A stretch of 64,000 nt of DNA, taken from assembly GCA_948436025.1 (NCBI GenBank), contig CAOJHH010000001.1:2921-66920 (forward strand), in the 5' to 3' direction. The notes beneath the pieces were generated by a model that made no database searches, had not been told where the DNA came from, and was given only the letters and a program-made list of their open reading frames with translations. Source of the DNA: an uncultured Clostridium sp. Its GTDB lineage: Bacteria > Bacillota > Clostridia > TANB77 > CAG-508. Both the position numbers and the translations under genes were made by a program. This document shows positions 1 to 8,937 of this stretch, piece by piece (positions within the stretch are counted from its first letter, which is position 1; the number at the start of each line of letters is the position of its first letter).

Positions 1-1
1 A

Positions 2-2548
2 GTATTAAAAGATACGATTGTAAGATACAAAAACTTACAAGGGTTTTATACGCCTTATATTCCGGGTTTTGATACTCACGGTATGCCAACCGAAAAAAAG
101 GCAATCGAGAAACTAGGATTAAATAGAGACGCTATTCCAGTTACCAAGTTTCGTGATACTTGTAAACAATTTACCATGGAATACAAGGATAAGCAAATTG
201 AAGGTTTTAAACGTTTAGGTGTATTAGGCGATTGGGATAACCCATATATTACCTATCAACCACAGGTAGAAGCAAAACAAATTGGCGTGTTTGCCGATAT
301 GTACCAAAAAGGATACATCTATAAAGGACTAAAGCCAGTTTACTGGTGTACAGATTGCGAAACAGCACTTGCAGAAGCAGAAATTGAATATAAAGATATT
401 AACTCTCATACAGCATATGTAAAATTCCCTGTAAAAGATGCCAAAGGAAAATTCGATGAACAAAACGTATCGTTTGTAATATGGACAACAACACCATGGA
501 CTTTACCTGGTAATATGGGAATTACCATTGGAGCGGATTACGATTATAGCATTGTGGATATCGGAAAAGAAAAAGTGATCATGGCAACCGAATTAGTGGC
601 AAAAGTAATGGAAAAAGCGGGAATGACGGAATATAAAGAAATAGCAAAATTTGAAGGAAGCGATTTGGAAGGAATTATTTGTAAACATCCATTTTTAGAT
701 AGAGATTCTAGAGTGGTACTAGGTTCGGATGATACCATAGTAGTCGAATTAGAAACTGGTACAGGTGCAGTTCACACAGCCCCTGGCTATGGTAAAGAAG
801 ATTACCTTTGTGGATTAAAAAATGGACTAGATATTGTGGTAACCATTGATAGTAAAGGTCATCAAACCGAAGAAGCAGGACCTTTTGCAGGGATGTATTA
901 TGCAAAATCCGATAAAGAAATTATCAAATGGCTAGGCGAAAATGGTTACTTATTAGTAGCCGAAGACGTAAACCACTCTTATCCACATTGTTGGAGATGT
1001 AAACATCCTGTTATTTACCGTGCGACAAACCAATGGTTTGCATCTGTCGATGGTTTTAGAAAAGAAACCCTAGAGGCAATTAAAACCGTAAAATGGTACC
1101 CAGCTTGGGGAGAAGAAAGAATTACCAAAATGGTAGAAGATAGAAACGATTGGTGTATTTCTCGCCAAAGAACATGGGGAGTGCCAATTCCAATTTTTTA
1201 TTGTGCCAATTGTGAAAAAGAATATGTAACAAAAGAAAGCTTAGACAAGGTACAAAACATATTTAAAGAAAAAGGATCAAATGCATGGTTTGACTTACCA
1301 GAAAAAGAATTAATGCCAGAAGGAGCAACCTGTCCTCACTGTGGTAGCAAGGAATTCAAAAAAGAAACCGATATTATGGATGTATGGTTCGATTCTGGTT
1401 CAACACATGAATCGGTACTAGCCGAACGTGGACTTCCAGAGGCAAATTTATACCTAGAAGGAAGTGACCAACATAGAGGTTGGTTCCAATCCTCTCTATT
1501 AACCTCGGTGGCAACGAAAGGAAAAGCACCATACAAGGAAGTATTAACACATGGCTATACCATTGATGAACAAGGAAGAAAAATGTCTAAAAGCCTAGGA
1601 AATGGAATTGACCCGAAAGACGTCATAAACGAATCTGGGGCAGATGTACTAAGACTTTGGGTATTATCGGCAGACTACAAATCGGATATTAGTGGTTCTA
1701 AGAATATCTTAAAACAAGTTATGGAAGTATACCGAAAAATACGAAATACGGCAAGATATATTTTAGGAAATATTAGTGATTTTGATGTAAACAAGCCAGT
1801 AGCGTACGAAGATTTACAAGAAATTGACAAATGGGCGTTAATCAAGCTAAATAAATTAATAAAAGATTGTACCAATGCATACGATGTATACGATTTCCAC
1901 AATGCGTACCATGCGATTAATCAATTCTGTGTAGTAGATATGAGTGCCTTTTATTTAGATATTATAAAAGATAGGCTATATACCTATAAAAAAGACTCTA
2001 TTCAAAGAAGAGCAGCCCAAAGCACAATGTATGAAATTTTATCGGTACTTGTTCGAATTTTAGCACCAATGACCTGCTATACAGCAGAAGAAATATGGAA
2101 ATACATGCCACATAAAAAGAAAGAAAACACCCAGAGTGTTATGTTAGACTACTATCCAAAAGTAAATCCAAAATACGATAATCCACAAATAGAAGAAAAA
2201 TGGAACAAATACATCAAAATAAAAGACGAAGTAGCCAAAAAACTAGAACAAGCAAGAGCAAATAAAGAAATTGGATTATCCTTAGCAGCTAAAGTAACCC
2301 TATTTGCCGATGGCAAAGAATACGAATTTATCAAAGGAAAAGAAGAATTACTAAAAGAAATATTCATTGTATCGGAAGTAGAAATGAAACAAGGAAAAAA
2401 AGAAGAAGACAAAGACGCCATTGTAGGAGTAATTATAGAACAAGCAGAAGGTGAAAAATGCGAAAGATGTTGGATGTACTCTAAAACCGTAGGGCAAGAT
2501 ACCAACCATCCACATATTTGTAAAAGATGTAGTGATAATTTACAGTAA
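2..2548 (+). CDS. ileS: isoleucine--tRNA ligase, 5' end cut by window edge
   Basis: Frame stays open to position 2 (PGFDTHGMP at the edge). KMSKSLGN motif is present. C-terminal CxxC...CxxC zinc finger (CERC...CKRC). Length and order are typical of IleS. Confidence 0.93.
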   Translation, partial: VLKDTIVRYKNLQGFYTPYIPGFDTHGMPTEKKAIEKLGLNRDAIPVTKFRDTCKQFTMEYKDKQIEGFKRLGVLGDWDNPYITYQPQVEAKQIGVFADMYQKGYIYKGLKPVYWCTDCETALAEAEIEYKDINSHTAYVKFPVKDAKGKFDEQNVSFVIWTTTPWTLPGNMGITIGADYDYSIVDIGKEKVIMATELVAKVMEKAGMTEYKEIAKFEGSDLEGIICKHPFLDRDSRVVLGSDDTIVVELETGTGAVHTAPGYGKEDYLCGLKNGLDIVVTIDSKGHQTEEAGPFAGMYYAKSDKEIIKWLGENGYLLVAEDVNHSYPHCWRCKHPVIYRATNQWFASVDGFRKETLEAIKTVKWYPAWGEERITKMVEDRNDWCISRQRTWGVPIPIFYCANCEKEYVTKESLDKVQNIFKEKGSNAWFDLPEKELMPEGATCPHCGSKEFKKETDIMDVWFDSGSTHESVLAERGLPEANLYLEGSDQHRGWFQSSLLTSVATKGKAPYKEVLTHGYTIDEQGRKMSKSLGNGIDPKDVINESGADVLRLWVLSADYKSDISGSKNILKQVMEVYRKIRNTARYILGNISDFDVNKPVAYEDLQEIDKWALIKLNKLIKDCTNAYDVYDFHNAYHAINQFCVVDMSAFYLDIIKDRLYTYKKDSIQRRAAQSTMYEILSVLVRILAPMTCYTAEEIWKYMPHKKKENTQSVMLDYYPKVNPKYDNPQIEEKWNKYIKIKDEVAKKLEQARANKEIGLSLAAKVTLFADGKEYEFIKGKEELLKEIFIVSEVEMKQGKKEEDKDAIVGVIIEQAEGEKCERCWMYSKTVGQDTNHPHICKRCSDNLQ

Positions 2549-2553
2549 AACGT

Positions 2554-2576
2554 ATGGACGACCATTGGTCGTCCAT
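2554..2576. repeat. perfect palindrome ATGGACGACCATTGGTCGTCCAT 6 nt after the ileS stop; member of the TGTAGGG-hairpin repeat family
   Basis: Inverted repeat read directly. The same 19-bp core GGACGACCATTGGTCGTCC recurs at 4711-4729. Confidence 0.6.
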
Positions 2577-2589
2577 AGTAATTTGCTAA

Positions 2590-2618
2590 TTGACGAATTT
2601 AAAAAAACATAGTATAAT
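2590..2618 (+). promoter_or_regulatory. sigma-A type promoter (TTGACG-17-TATAAT)
   Basis: -35 TTGACG at 2590-2595, 17-nt spacer, -10 TATAAT at 2613-2618. It lies upstream of the RBS and ATG at 2680. The listed ORF start at 2590 is the -35 box itself. Confidence 0.5.
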
Positions 2619-2679
2619 GGTAAACATAAACCAAGAAAGGGAATTGTATCAAAATTTTTCAATAAAAGGAGGAAAGGGT

Positions 2680-3408
2680 ATGAATAATCAGCAGAAATTT
2701 GCAAAACTAGTTACAGAGGTAGCGGAAATGCGGGAAGAATGTAAGGTACATTTAGCATCCAAAACAGACAAGGAACAAACAGAAAAAAGGCTGGTACTTG
2801 AAGAATTAGATTTCAAGCGCCAGTGGGATCCCATGTTCATGTTTTGTAGCATTGATTATGGAACATATATCCAGATGAAATGGAACAAAAAGAAACGGAT
2901 ACAGGCGATTCCGATTTGTTTTTTTGTTACCTTGTACGAAGCAGATGTAAAAAGGGCATTTCCAAAAGAAGATATACAGATTTCGTATACTTTAACAGGA
3001 TTCTGGAAAATGGAACGGGCGGTTAGTCTGTTAGAAGATTTCGTTCATTTGCAAAACGAATGGCAAAATACACTTCTTTGGGGCGCTAGACGCTTAGCAC
3101 AAATTAGCCAAAAAAAATCTCAGAAGTACGTAGAAATCATAAATGGCTTTCTTTTGCTAACAGTAACACATAATGGCTGGAAAGACATGATTTTCTATGA
3201 AGGAGAGATGAAATTCTGCTTAAACAAAACGAATGTAAAGTTAAATGTGGTTCCGCTCTGTAAGCTGTTAACAACTTACTATGTAAGTGTAACAAGAAAA
3301 ATTGACGAATACACAAGTCAATATACAGACGGAAAAGAACAGCTAAAGGAATTTCACACAGCCTTGACAGAGTTTATGACAAAATACTTTACACAGCACC
3401 TGATTTAA
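2680..3408 (+). CDS. hypothetical protein
   Basis: ORF with a strong RBS (AAAGGAGG, 8 nt spacer, ATG 2680). No recognisable motifs. Longer ORF-track start at 2590 rejected. Confidence 0.55.
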   Translation: MNNQQKFAKLVTEVAEMREECKVHLASKTDKEQTEKRLVLEELDFKRQWDPMFMFCSIDYGTYIQMKWNKKKRIQAIPICFFVTLYEADVKRAFPKEDIQISYTLTGFWKMERAVSLLEDFVHLQNEWQNTLLWGARRLAQISQKKSQKYVEIINGFLLLTVTHNGWKDMIFYEGEMKFCLNKTNVKLNVVPLCKLLTTYYVSVTRKIDEYTSQYTDGKEQLKEFHTALTEFMTKYFTQHLI

Positions 3409-3413
3409 TTTCC

Positions 3414-3462
3414 AAAAGAACCAGAAGGCAGATTTGTTTTTGCTTTCTGGTTCTTTAGAATA
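3414..3462 (+). terminator. rho-independent terminator
   Basis: Stem AGAACCAGAA / TTCTGGTTCT with a T-rich tail, right after the stop at 3408. Confidence 0.55.
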
Positions 3463-3523
3463 TTTTTGCCGATTTCCCATATAATATAAAAAGGAATAAA
3501 TAAAAAAGAGAGGGACGGCAAAA

Positions 3524-4699
3524 ATGGAGAAAATAAGATATTTTGATCATGCGGCAACAACAGCTACCAAAGAAGAGGTGCTAAAGGAAATGTTGCCTTA
3601 TTTTAGTTTAAATTATGGAAATGCTTCTTCTATGTATAGCATTGGGAGAAAATCAAGAAAAGCGGTAGAAGAGGCAAGACAGAAAACAGCTCATGCGATT
3701 GGGGCAGAGGCAAAGGAGATTTATTTTACTTCTTGTGGAAGTGAAAGTGATAATTTAAGTTTAAAAGGTGTTGCCTATGCGAACCGTAACAAAGGAAACC
3801 ATATTATTACCACCAAAATAGAACACCCAGCAGTGCTTCATACTTGTGAACATTTAGAAAAAGAAGGGTTTCGAGTAACGTATTTAAAGGTAAATGAAGA
3901 GGGGCTCATTGACTTAAATGAATTAGAAAATGCTATATGCAAAGAAACCATTTTAATTAGTGTCATGTTTGCCAATAATGAAATAGGAACCATTCAACCA
4001 ATAAAAGAAATAGGAGAAATTGCCAAAAAACATCAAATTTATTTCCATACCGATGCCGTGCAAGCCATTGGAAATGTTCGTATCGATGTAAAAGAATATC
4101 ATATCGATTTACTATCGATGTCGGCCCATAAATTTTATGGTCCAAAAGGAATGGGAGCCCTATACGTAAAAACAGGGGTTAATTTTGAAAAAATACAAGA
4201 TGGTGGACACCAAGAAAGAAACATGAGAGCAGGAACGGAAAATGTAGCAGGAATTGTAGGGCTAGGAAAAGCCATAGAGCTTGCTTATGAGAATTTTGAT
4301 ACTTATAATGAAAAATTAACCAATTTACGTGATTACTATATTTCACAAATACAAGAAAAAATTCCCCATACCAAAGTAAATGGAGATAGAACCAAACGTC
4401 TACCCGGAAATGCCAACATTTCCTTTGAATTTGTCGATGGAGAAGCCTTATTATTAAATTTAGATATGAAAGGAATTTGTGCATCATCTGGCTCAGCCTG
4501 TACGTCAGGCTCCTTAGACCCATCACACGTACTAGTAGCCATCGGTTTGCCACCTAAAATGGCAAACGGAGCCTTACGAGTTACCTTTGGTGATGACAAC
4601 ACAAAAGAAGATGTGGATTATTTGGTAGACAGTTTAGTAGAAATTGTGGAGAAATTAAGAGAGACATCACAAGAATATAAGAAATTAGTAAAGAAATAA
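3524..4699 (+). CDS. cysteine desulfurase (NifS/IscS family, class V aminotransferase)
   Basis: PLP-lysine motif SMSAHKFYGPKGMGALY, catalytic Cys loop SSGSACTSG, N-terminal FDHAATT. Length 391 aa. Confidence 0.85.
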   Translation: MEKIRYFDHAATTATKEEVLKEMLPYFSLNYGNASSMYSIGRKSRKAVEEARQKTAHAIGAEAKEIYFTSCGSESDNLSLKGVAYANRNKGNHIITTKIEHPAVLHTCEHLEKEGFRVTYLKVNEEGLIDLNELENAICKETILISVMFANNEIGTIQPIKEIGEIAKKHQIYFHTDAVQAIGNVRIDVKEYHIDLLSMSAHKFYGPKGMGALYVKTGVNFEKIQDGGHQERNMRAGTENVAGIVGLGKAIELAYENFDTYNEKLTNLRDYYISQIQEKIPHTKVNGDRTKRLPGNANISFEFVDGEALLLNLDMKGICASSGSACTSGSLDPSHVLVAIGLPPKMANGALRVTFGDDNTKEDVDYLVDSLVEIVEKLRETSQEYKKLVKK

Positions 4700-4705
4700 T
4701 AAATC

Positions 4706-4729
4706 TGTAGGGACGACCATTGGTCGTCC
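4706..4729. repeat. TGTAGGG + palindrome GGACGACCATTGGTCGTCC 7 nt after the nifS-like stop
   Basis: Read directly. Identical core to the palindrome at 2554-2576. Confidence 0.6.
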
Positions 4730-4813
4730 GTATTCGATGAATGTTTCTATAATTAATCTGATTTTAGGTAATTTCTTCGATGAACGGACGTGCAATGCAC
4801 GCCCCTACCATTA

Positions 4814-5815
4814 TTACAAATTATTTTCCATCAATTTTTCTACAATCTGTACTGCATTTGAGGCAGCACCTTTTCGAATGTTATCGGCAACAACCCATAG
4901 GTTTAATCCATTTTCTACACTCTCATCACGCCTAATGCGACCAACATATACCTCATCATGACCATTGGCAATGGTAGCAAGAGGGTATTCGTTTTTAGAA
5001 ACATCATCTAAAACAATAACATTAGGATAATCGTGTAAGGTTTGTATTACTTCGTCTAAAGTAAAAGGCTTTTCAAGCTCCACATTAATACTCTCACTAT
5101 GAGAATTCATGACTGGTACACGAACACAAGTAGCGGTTACTTTTAAATCTGGTTTTTTTAATATTTTTCTTGTTTCATTTATCATTTTTTCTTCTTCTTT
5201 GGTATAACCATTTTCCAAGAATACATCAATATGTGGCAAACAATTATTATAAATGGGATGAGCAAATTTTTTTGGTGGTTCGTCTTTTGCACCATTTTCT
5301 AAATCTTCTATTCCAAGTCTTCCAGCACCAGATACAGCTTGATAAGTAGAATAGATGACTCTTTTTATTCCGAATTTGTTATCCAAAGCCTTTAAAGGAA
5401 TAACGGCTTGAATGGTAGAACAATTTGGATTAGCAATAATTCCATGATGGTTTAAAATTTCCTCCGAATTTACCTCAGGGACTACCAAAGGGACATCTTT
5501 TTCCATACGAAAAGCACTACTATTATCTACGACAACACAACCGTGGGCGGCAGCAATAGGAGCGTATTTTTTGGCGGTATCTCCACCAGCAGAAAAAATA
5601 GCAAAATCAAACCCTTCGTTAAAAGAAGTTTCGGTTAATTCTCGTACAAGATAAGTTTTTCCTTGAAATAGAATTTTTTTACCAGCGGAATGCGAAGAAG
5701 CAAAGAAAGCATATTCTAAAATTGGTAAATTCTTTTCTTCTAAGACCTTAAGAACCATTCTCCCAACAACTCCAGTTGCACCAACAACAGCAAGTTTATA
5801 TTTTTTTTCACTCAT
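4814..5815 (-). CDS. asd: aspartate-semialdehyde dehydrogenase
   Basis: N-terminal Rossmann VVGATGVVG. Asd-typical FSAGG...NCSTI. Start ATG at 5815 has an RBS (AAGAAGGTG, 6 nt spacer). The GTG at 5824 sits too close to the RBS. Confidence 0.85.
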   Translation of the reverse strand: MSEKKYKLAVVGATGVVGRMVLKVLEEKNLPILEYAFFASSHSAGKKILFQGKTYLVRELTETSFNEGFDFAIFSAGGDTAKKYAPIAAAHGCVVVDNSSAFRMEKDVPLVVPEVNSEEILNHHGIIANPNCSTIQAVIPLKALDNKFGIKRVIYSTYQAVSGAGRLGIEDLENGAKDEPPKKFAHPIYNNCLPHIDVFLENGYTKEEEKMINETRKILKKPDLKVTATCVRVPVMNSHSESINVELEKPFTLDEVIQTLHDYPNVIVLDDVSKNEYPLATIANGHDEVYVGRIRRDESVENGLNLWVVADNIRKGAASNAVQIVEKLMENNL

Positions 5816-5970
5816 ATGTAACACCTTCTTAATTTTAAAAAAGTAAAAATATAGTCATATTTTTACTTGACTTATGTAAGTATTATATGATAAAACAAAA
5901 ACAAAAGAAACATTTTTTAGAAAAATATTTGTATAAAAAGGATAAAAGAACTAATTAAAACGGGAGGTAA

Positions 5971-6960
5971 ATGAGTATGGACCCAAAAATTAAAATCGGA
6001 ATTTGTGGTTATGGAAATCTTGGAAAAGGTGTCCAAAAAGCAATTTCCAAAAACAGTGACATGGAACTTGTAGCTGTTTTTACAAGAAGAGAACCCGCCG
6101 AAATAAGCAAGCAGACGTCTGCAAAAGTAGTTCCAATTAGTGAAATGGCACAGTGGATTTACAAAGTGGATGTCATGATTATGTGTGGCGGTTCAGCAAC
6201 CGATTTACCAAAACAAGTACCTACATTTGCAAAACTTTTTTGCACAGTCGACAGTTTTGACACACATGCCAAAATACCAGAGTATTTAAAGACTGTTGAT
6301 GAGGAAGCAAAAGAAGGTGGAAACGTGTCAATTGTTTCTGTTGGCTGGGACCCTGGAATGTTCTCTAATATGAGGGCATATGCAGAGGCAATCTTACCAT
6401 TTTGTCATACCTACACCTTTTGGGGCAAAGGAGTAAGCCAAGGGCATTCCGATGCCATTCGTAGGATTAAAGGCGTAAAAGATGCACGTCAGTATACCAT
6501 ACCAGTTCCTAGTGCAATGGAACGTGTAAGAGCAGGCGAAAACCCAGAGCTTTCAACAAGCCAAAAACACACAAGAGAATGTTTTGTTGTAGCAGAAGAC
6601 GGAACAAATTTGGCAGAAATTGAAAAAGAAATTGTAACAATGCCAAACTATTTTGCCGATTATGATACAACCGTACATTTCATCAGCCAAGAAGAATTAA
6701 ACAAAAACCACAGTGGTTTACCTCATGGCGGAAGTGTCATCTCTTGCGGGCAAACAGGAGAAGAAAACAAGCAAGTAATGGAATATTCACTAAACCTTGC
6801 TTCCAACCCAGAATTTACCGGTTCTGTACTTGTCGCATATGCAAGAGCAGCATACAGAATGAAACAAGAAGGCATAACAGGAGCAAAAACCGTCTTAGAC
6901 GTTCCACCCATTATGCTAAACAAAGATGAGAGAGAAGAGGTTATTAAAAGGTTATTGTAA
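5971..6960 (+). CDS. ddh: meso-diaminopimelate D-dehydrogenase
   Basis: IGICGYGNLGK NAD(P) fold and GWDPGMFS, characteristic of Ddh. Start is probably the second ATG at 5977. Confidence 0.8.
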   Translation: MSMDPKIKIGICGYGNLGKGVQKAISKNSDMELVAVFTRREPAEISKQTSAKVVPISEMAQWIYKVDVMIMCGGSATDLPKQVPTFAKLFCTVDSFDTHAKIPEYLKTVDEEAKEGGNVSIVSVGWDPGMFSNMRAYAEAILPFCHTYTFWGKGVSQGHSDAIRRIKGVKDARQYTIPVPSAMERVRAGENPELSTSQKHTRECFVVAEDGTNLAEIEKEIVTMPNYFADYDTTVHFISQEELNKNHSGLPHGGSVISCGQTGEENKQVMEYSLNLASNPEFTGSVLVAYARAAYRMKQEGITGAKTVLDVPPIMLNKDEREEVIKRLL

Positions 6961-7097
6961 AAAGTAAGTAGGTACAAGAAGGGGCTAACCAAATGGTTGC
7001 TCCCTTCTTAAATTTTATTGTCAAACTATTGAAAAAAAACACACTTTGTGATATAAGTTAGAATAGCAAAATATAAAATTTAGAAAGAAAGTTTTTT

Positions 7098-8183
7098 ATG
7101 AAGAACATAAAGGATTACAATTTAGAGGAATTAAAGCAGGAATTAGCGAGTTTAGGCGAGAAGCCATTTCGTGCAGAGCAGATTTTTCGTTGGCTTTATA
7201 TTGAAAATGTTACAAATTTTGATGAAATGACGAATTTATCTTTGGAACTTAGGGAAAAACTAAAGAAAGAATATAGTATATGCATTTTTCAAATATTAAG
7301 AAAACAAGAATCGAGTGATGGAACAAAAAAATACTTATTTGATGTATTAGATGGAAATGCCATCGAAACCGTTCTTATGAGTTATCATCATGGCTATAGC
7401 TTATGTGTTTCTTCGCAAATTGGCTGTAAAATGGGGTGTAAATTTTGTGCTTCCACGGGTATCAACTTTATTCGAAACCTAACTTCTGGCGAAATCGTAG
7501 AACAGATTTTGGCAGTGCAAAGAGAAGCAAAAGTAAAAATATCCAATATTGTGTTTATGGGAATTGGAGAACCAATGGATAATTTCGAAAATGTAATGAA
7601 CGCCATTGGCATTATGAACCATCAAAAAGGACTGAATATTGGTGCTAGACATATTAGCATTTCCACAAGTGGAATTGTTCCAAAAATTTATGAGCTAGCC
7701 AAGAAAGATTTACAATGCACCTTATCCATTTCCCTACATGCAACAACCGATGAAAAAAGAAGTGCTATGATGCCAGTAAATAAAAAATATCCAATTTCGG
7801 AACTAATGCAAGCATGTAAAGACTATATCGAAACCACCAATAAACGAATTTCGTTTGAATATGCTCTTGCAAAAGACAATAACGACAATTTAGAAGACGC
7901 CAAACGACTAGTAAAATTGCTAAAAGGCATGATATGCCATGTCAATTTAATTCCCATTAATAAAATAGAAAATGGAGCATATGTCAAAAGTACGAATGAA
8001 AACATCATCAAATTTCGAGATTATTTAAATGAGCATGGAATTGTAGCAACCATAAGAAGAGAATTAGGCTCAGATATTGATGCTGCATGCCGGACAACTC
8101 AGAAGAAAAAACTTAAAAACATAAGGAGGAAACATGAGAGTTTTTGCAAAGACCGACTTAGGAAAAGCAAGACAGATGAATGA
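7098..8183 (+). CDS. rlmN: 23S rRNA (adenine2503-C2)-methyltransferase RlmN (radical SAM)
   Basis: N-terminal FRAEQIFRWLY and a Cys-rich radical-SAM region. It sits in the conserved rlmN-stp-prkC arrangement. Confidence 0.88.
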   Translation: MKNIKDYNLEELKQELASLGEKPFRAEQIFRWLYIENVTNFDEMTNLSLELREKLKKEYSICIFQILRKQESSDGTKKYLFDVLDGNAIETVLMSYHHGYSLCVSSQIGCKMGCKFCASTGINFIRNLTSGEIVEQILAVQREAKVKISNIVFMGIGEPMDNFENVMNAIGIMNHQKGLNIGARHISISTSGIVPKIYELAKKDLQCTLSISLHATTDEKRSAMMPVNKKYPISELMQACKDYIETTNKRISFEYALAKDNNDNLEDAKRLVKLLKGMICHVNLIPINKIENGAYVKSTNENIIKFRDYLNEHGIVATIRRELGSDIDAACRTTQKKKLKNIRRKHESFCKDRLRKSKTDE

Positions 8184-8868
8184 AGACTTTTATTATATAA
8201 CCCCCAATGTAGAGGATAAATTACAACTTTACATTTTAGCAGATGGTATGGGGGGATATAATGGGGGAGAAATTGCAAGCAAACTTGCAACCCTCAGTGC
8301 GAAAAGTTATATTGAAACCAATTTTGAAACAACACCACATGATAGAGAAAATATTTTAAAACTAATTGCAAGTAGTATTGAATATGCTAATATGGTAGTG
8401 TATGAAAAAGCAAAGGAAAATGTAGAATTAGCAAATATGGGTACTACTTTGGAGATTTGCTTAATATATAATAATAAGGCATTTATTGGGCATATTGGAG
8501 ATAGCCGAATTTATCGAATTCGAAAAGAATTTATAAGGAAACTAACTAAAGACCATAGTTATGTAGAAGAATTGGTAAAAGACGGAACTATTACTAAAGA
8601 AGAGGCCGAACATCACCCAAAGAAAAATATGTTAATGAAAGCAGTTGGCTGTACCCCCTATGTGGAACCAGATGTTATGGTAAAAGGATTTTTAAAAGAA
8701 GATGTACTTCTTATGTGCTCCGATGGTTTAACCAATATGGTAACAGAACAAGAAATTTATGAGTATGTAAAAAAAGAGGTAACCGATAGTTGTGATAATT
8801 TAATAAAAAGGGCAAATGAAATGGGAGGATATGACAATATTACAGTGGTTATCATTCAGAGTAACTAA
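8134..8868 (+). CDS. stp: Ser/Thr protein phosphatase, PP2C family
   Basis: TDLGKARQMNEDFYY, ADGMGGYNGGEIAS and CSDGLTNMV motifs. RBS AAGGAGGA upstream. Overlaps the rlmN 3' end. Confidence 0.88.
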   Translation: MRVFAKTDLGKARQMNEDFYYITPNVEDKLQLYILADGMGGYNGGEIASKLATLSAKSYIETNFETTPHDRENILKLIASSIEYANMVVYEKAKENVELANMGTTLEICLIYNNKAFIGHIGDSRIYRIRKEFIRKLTKDHSYVEELVKDGTITKEEAEHHPKKNMLMKAVGCTPYVEPDVMVKGFLKEDVLLMCSDGLTNMVTEQEIYEYVKKEVTDSCDNLIKRANEMGGYDNITVVIIQSN

Positions 8869-8937
8869 ATAATCGATGAAATTGTGATATCTTATAATCA
8901 AATTTTGTAATTGAAAACGAAAGGAATGATAAGAAAA

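Noticed and set aside
2590-2679. Longer version of the hypothetical ORF starting at TTG 2590
   Set aside because: The TTG is the -35 hexamer of a near-consensus promoter and has no RBS. The ATG at 2680 has a perfect AAAGGAGG RBS.
4737-4961. 74-aa + strand ORF
   Set aside because: Lies antisense inside the well-supported asd gene and has no RBS. Composition is an artefact of the opposite coding strand.
5825-5970. Lysine riboswitch (L-box) in the divergent asd/ddh gap
   Set aside because: Only 145 nt is shared by two divergent promoters. That is too short for an L-box of about 180 nt, and no conserved L-box helices were seen.
8134-8183. 50-nt overlap of rlmN and stp as a possible error
   Set aside because: The stp start has a strong AAGGAGGA RBS and a family-typical N-terminus. 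A small overlap with the rlmN C-terminal tail is plausible and not evidence of a frameshift.
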